A DNA stretch of 64,000 bases. Origin: a virus (lineage: Duplodnaviria; Heunggongvirae; Uroviricota; Caudoviricetes). The notes below the pieces were generated by a model. The model was not told the origin of the DNA. It worked only from the letters and a program-made list of their open reading frames with translations, and searched no databases. The position numbers were made by a program, and so were the translations under genes. Positions 63,632 through 64,000 of the stretch are shown piece after piece; the first letter of the stretch is position 1; each line of letters opens with the position of its first letter. Location of the stretch: IMG/VR virus record IMGVR_UViG_3300042887_002597, positions 46,234 to 110,233 of that record; one strand, written 5' to 3'.

Positions 63632-64000
63632 TTGTTTTTAAGCTTTTGTGCAACTTCTAGAATTAAATCTTCTTGACCAGCTACCAACTTTCTGTTTCCC
63701 AACTCAAAGATAAGAGAGGAATACTCAACCCCATATAGCTTTGAAGCTTTTATGATAGGCTTTTCGAAGCCTGAGAATAATCTTGTCAGTCCAGTAAGAA
63801 CATTGATAGGTGTAGTTATTGGAGCTTGTGGAACCAAATAGTCCATCACTTTATCAGCCTCTTTGATAGTCTCCTCAAAGCTAATACCAGTAGAGTATCC
63901 ACTCTTTTCAAATACTGGTAGGATTAGTTCTAGTGGTGCATTGCCTGCTCCTGCTCCAAATCCTCTTATGCAGGCATCGATATAGGTTGCACCAGCTTGC
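63628..64000 (-). CDS. DRE-TIM metallolyase / HMGL-like enzyme, N-terminally truncated by window end
   Basis: My translation shows the ORF continues past 63849 to the window edge: ...QAGATYIDACIRGFGAGAGNAPLELILPVFEKSGYSTGISFEE.... The GAGNAPLE motif is typical of the pyruvate carboxyltransferase/HMGL-like family. Only the C-terminal part lies in the window. Confidence 0.5.
   Translation of the reverse strand, partial: QAGATYIDACIRGFGAGAGNAPLELILPVFEKSGYSTGISFEETIKEADKVMDYLVPQAPITTPINVLTGLTRLFSGFEKPIIKASKLYGVEYSSLIFELGNRKLVAGQEDLILEVAQKLKNK

Noticed and set aside
1-64000. Insertion sequences, integrase or attachment sites
   Set aside because: I found no transposase, tyrosine- or serine-recombinase-like ORF, and no terminal inverted repeats flanking any segment. 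The tRNA genes here are not adjacent to an integrase, so there is no evidence of a prophage boundary in this window.

Overview
The window reads as a contiguous piece of a large dsDNA bacteriophage genome, either free or integrated. It is gene-dense and about 38-40% GC. Every credible ORF is on the minus strand; the plus-strand ORFs in the track look like antisense artefacts.

Gene content by region:
- About 64000-54000: host-interaction and auxiliary genes. These include sugar-modification enzymes, an HNH nuclease, ClpS-like, UvdE-like, TraR/DksA-like, a hotdog thioesterase and a metallophosphatase.
- 52313-54375: a roughly 2 kb ORF-free stretch. It holds a tRNA cluster (Met-CAT, Glu-TTC, Thr-TGT, a second CAT tRNA and two aberrant tRNA-like elements) plus about 0.9 kb of unexplained non-coding sequence.
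- 52000-42000: many small genes, including an SLT transglycosylase, lipoproteins and a tandem array of small MSKQ proteins.
- 42000-30400: an early-like region with a CobT-like HExxH+vWA protein, a CobS/MoxR-like AAA ATPase and paired HExxH metallopeptidases.
- 30400-28950: a lysis module with an LD-peptidase-like protein and a GH19 endolysin.
- 28950-24850: an unusual phage-borne two-component signalling cluster next to the lysis genes (a PAS histidine kinase, a secreted protein, a membrane histidine kinase and a receiver-only regulator).
- 24100-20580: HPRT and an HD hydrolase.
- 19000-1: the virion tail module. It includes three tandem paralogous tail proteins that carry GH19-like, CHAP-like and LD-peptidase-like C-terminal domains, a 1019-aa coiled-coil tape-measure-like protein, and very large structural/fibre proteins. 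The first of these runs off the window start.

On the minus strand, intergenic regions repeatedly carry TTG-N(19-21)-TAnnTTTA promoters of the Bacteroidota sigma-A type. Together with lipobox lipoproteins this suggests a Bacteroidota host. Further regulatory repeats are a 19-bp perfect palindrome (ATTTAGA-N5-TCTAAAT) present four times, a cluster of GGGGGG/CCCCCC hairpin palindromes at 39.54-39.87 kb, and a pyrimidine-rich repeat region at 42.5-42.8 kb.

All functional calls come from reading motifs by eye. No database searches were run.
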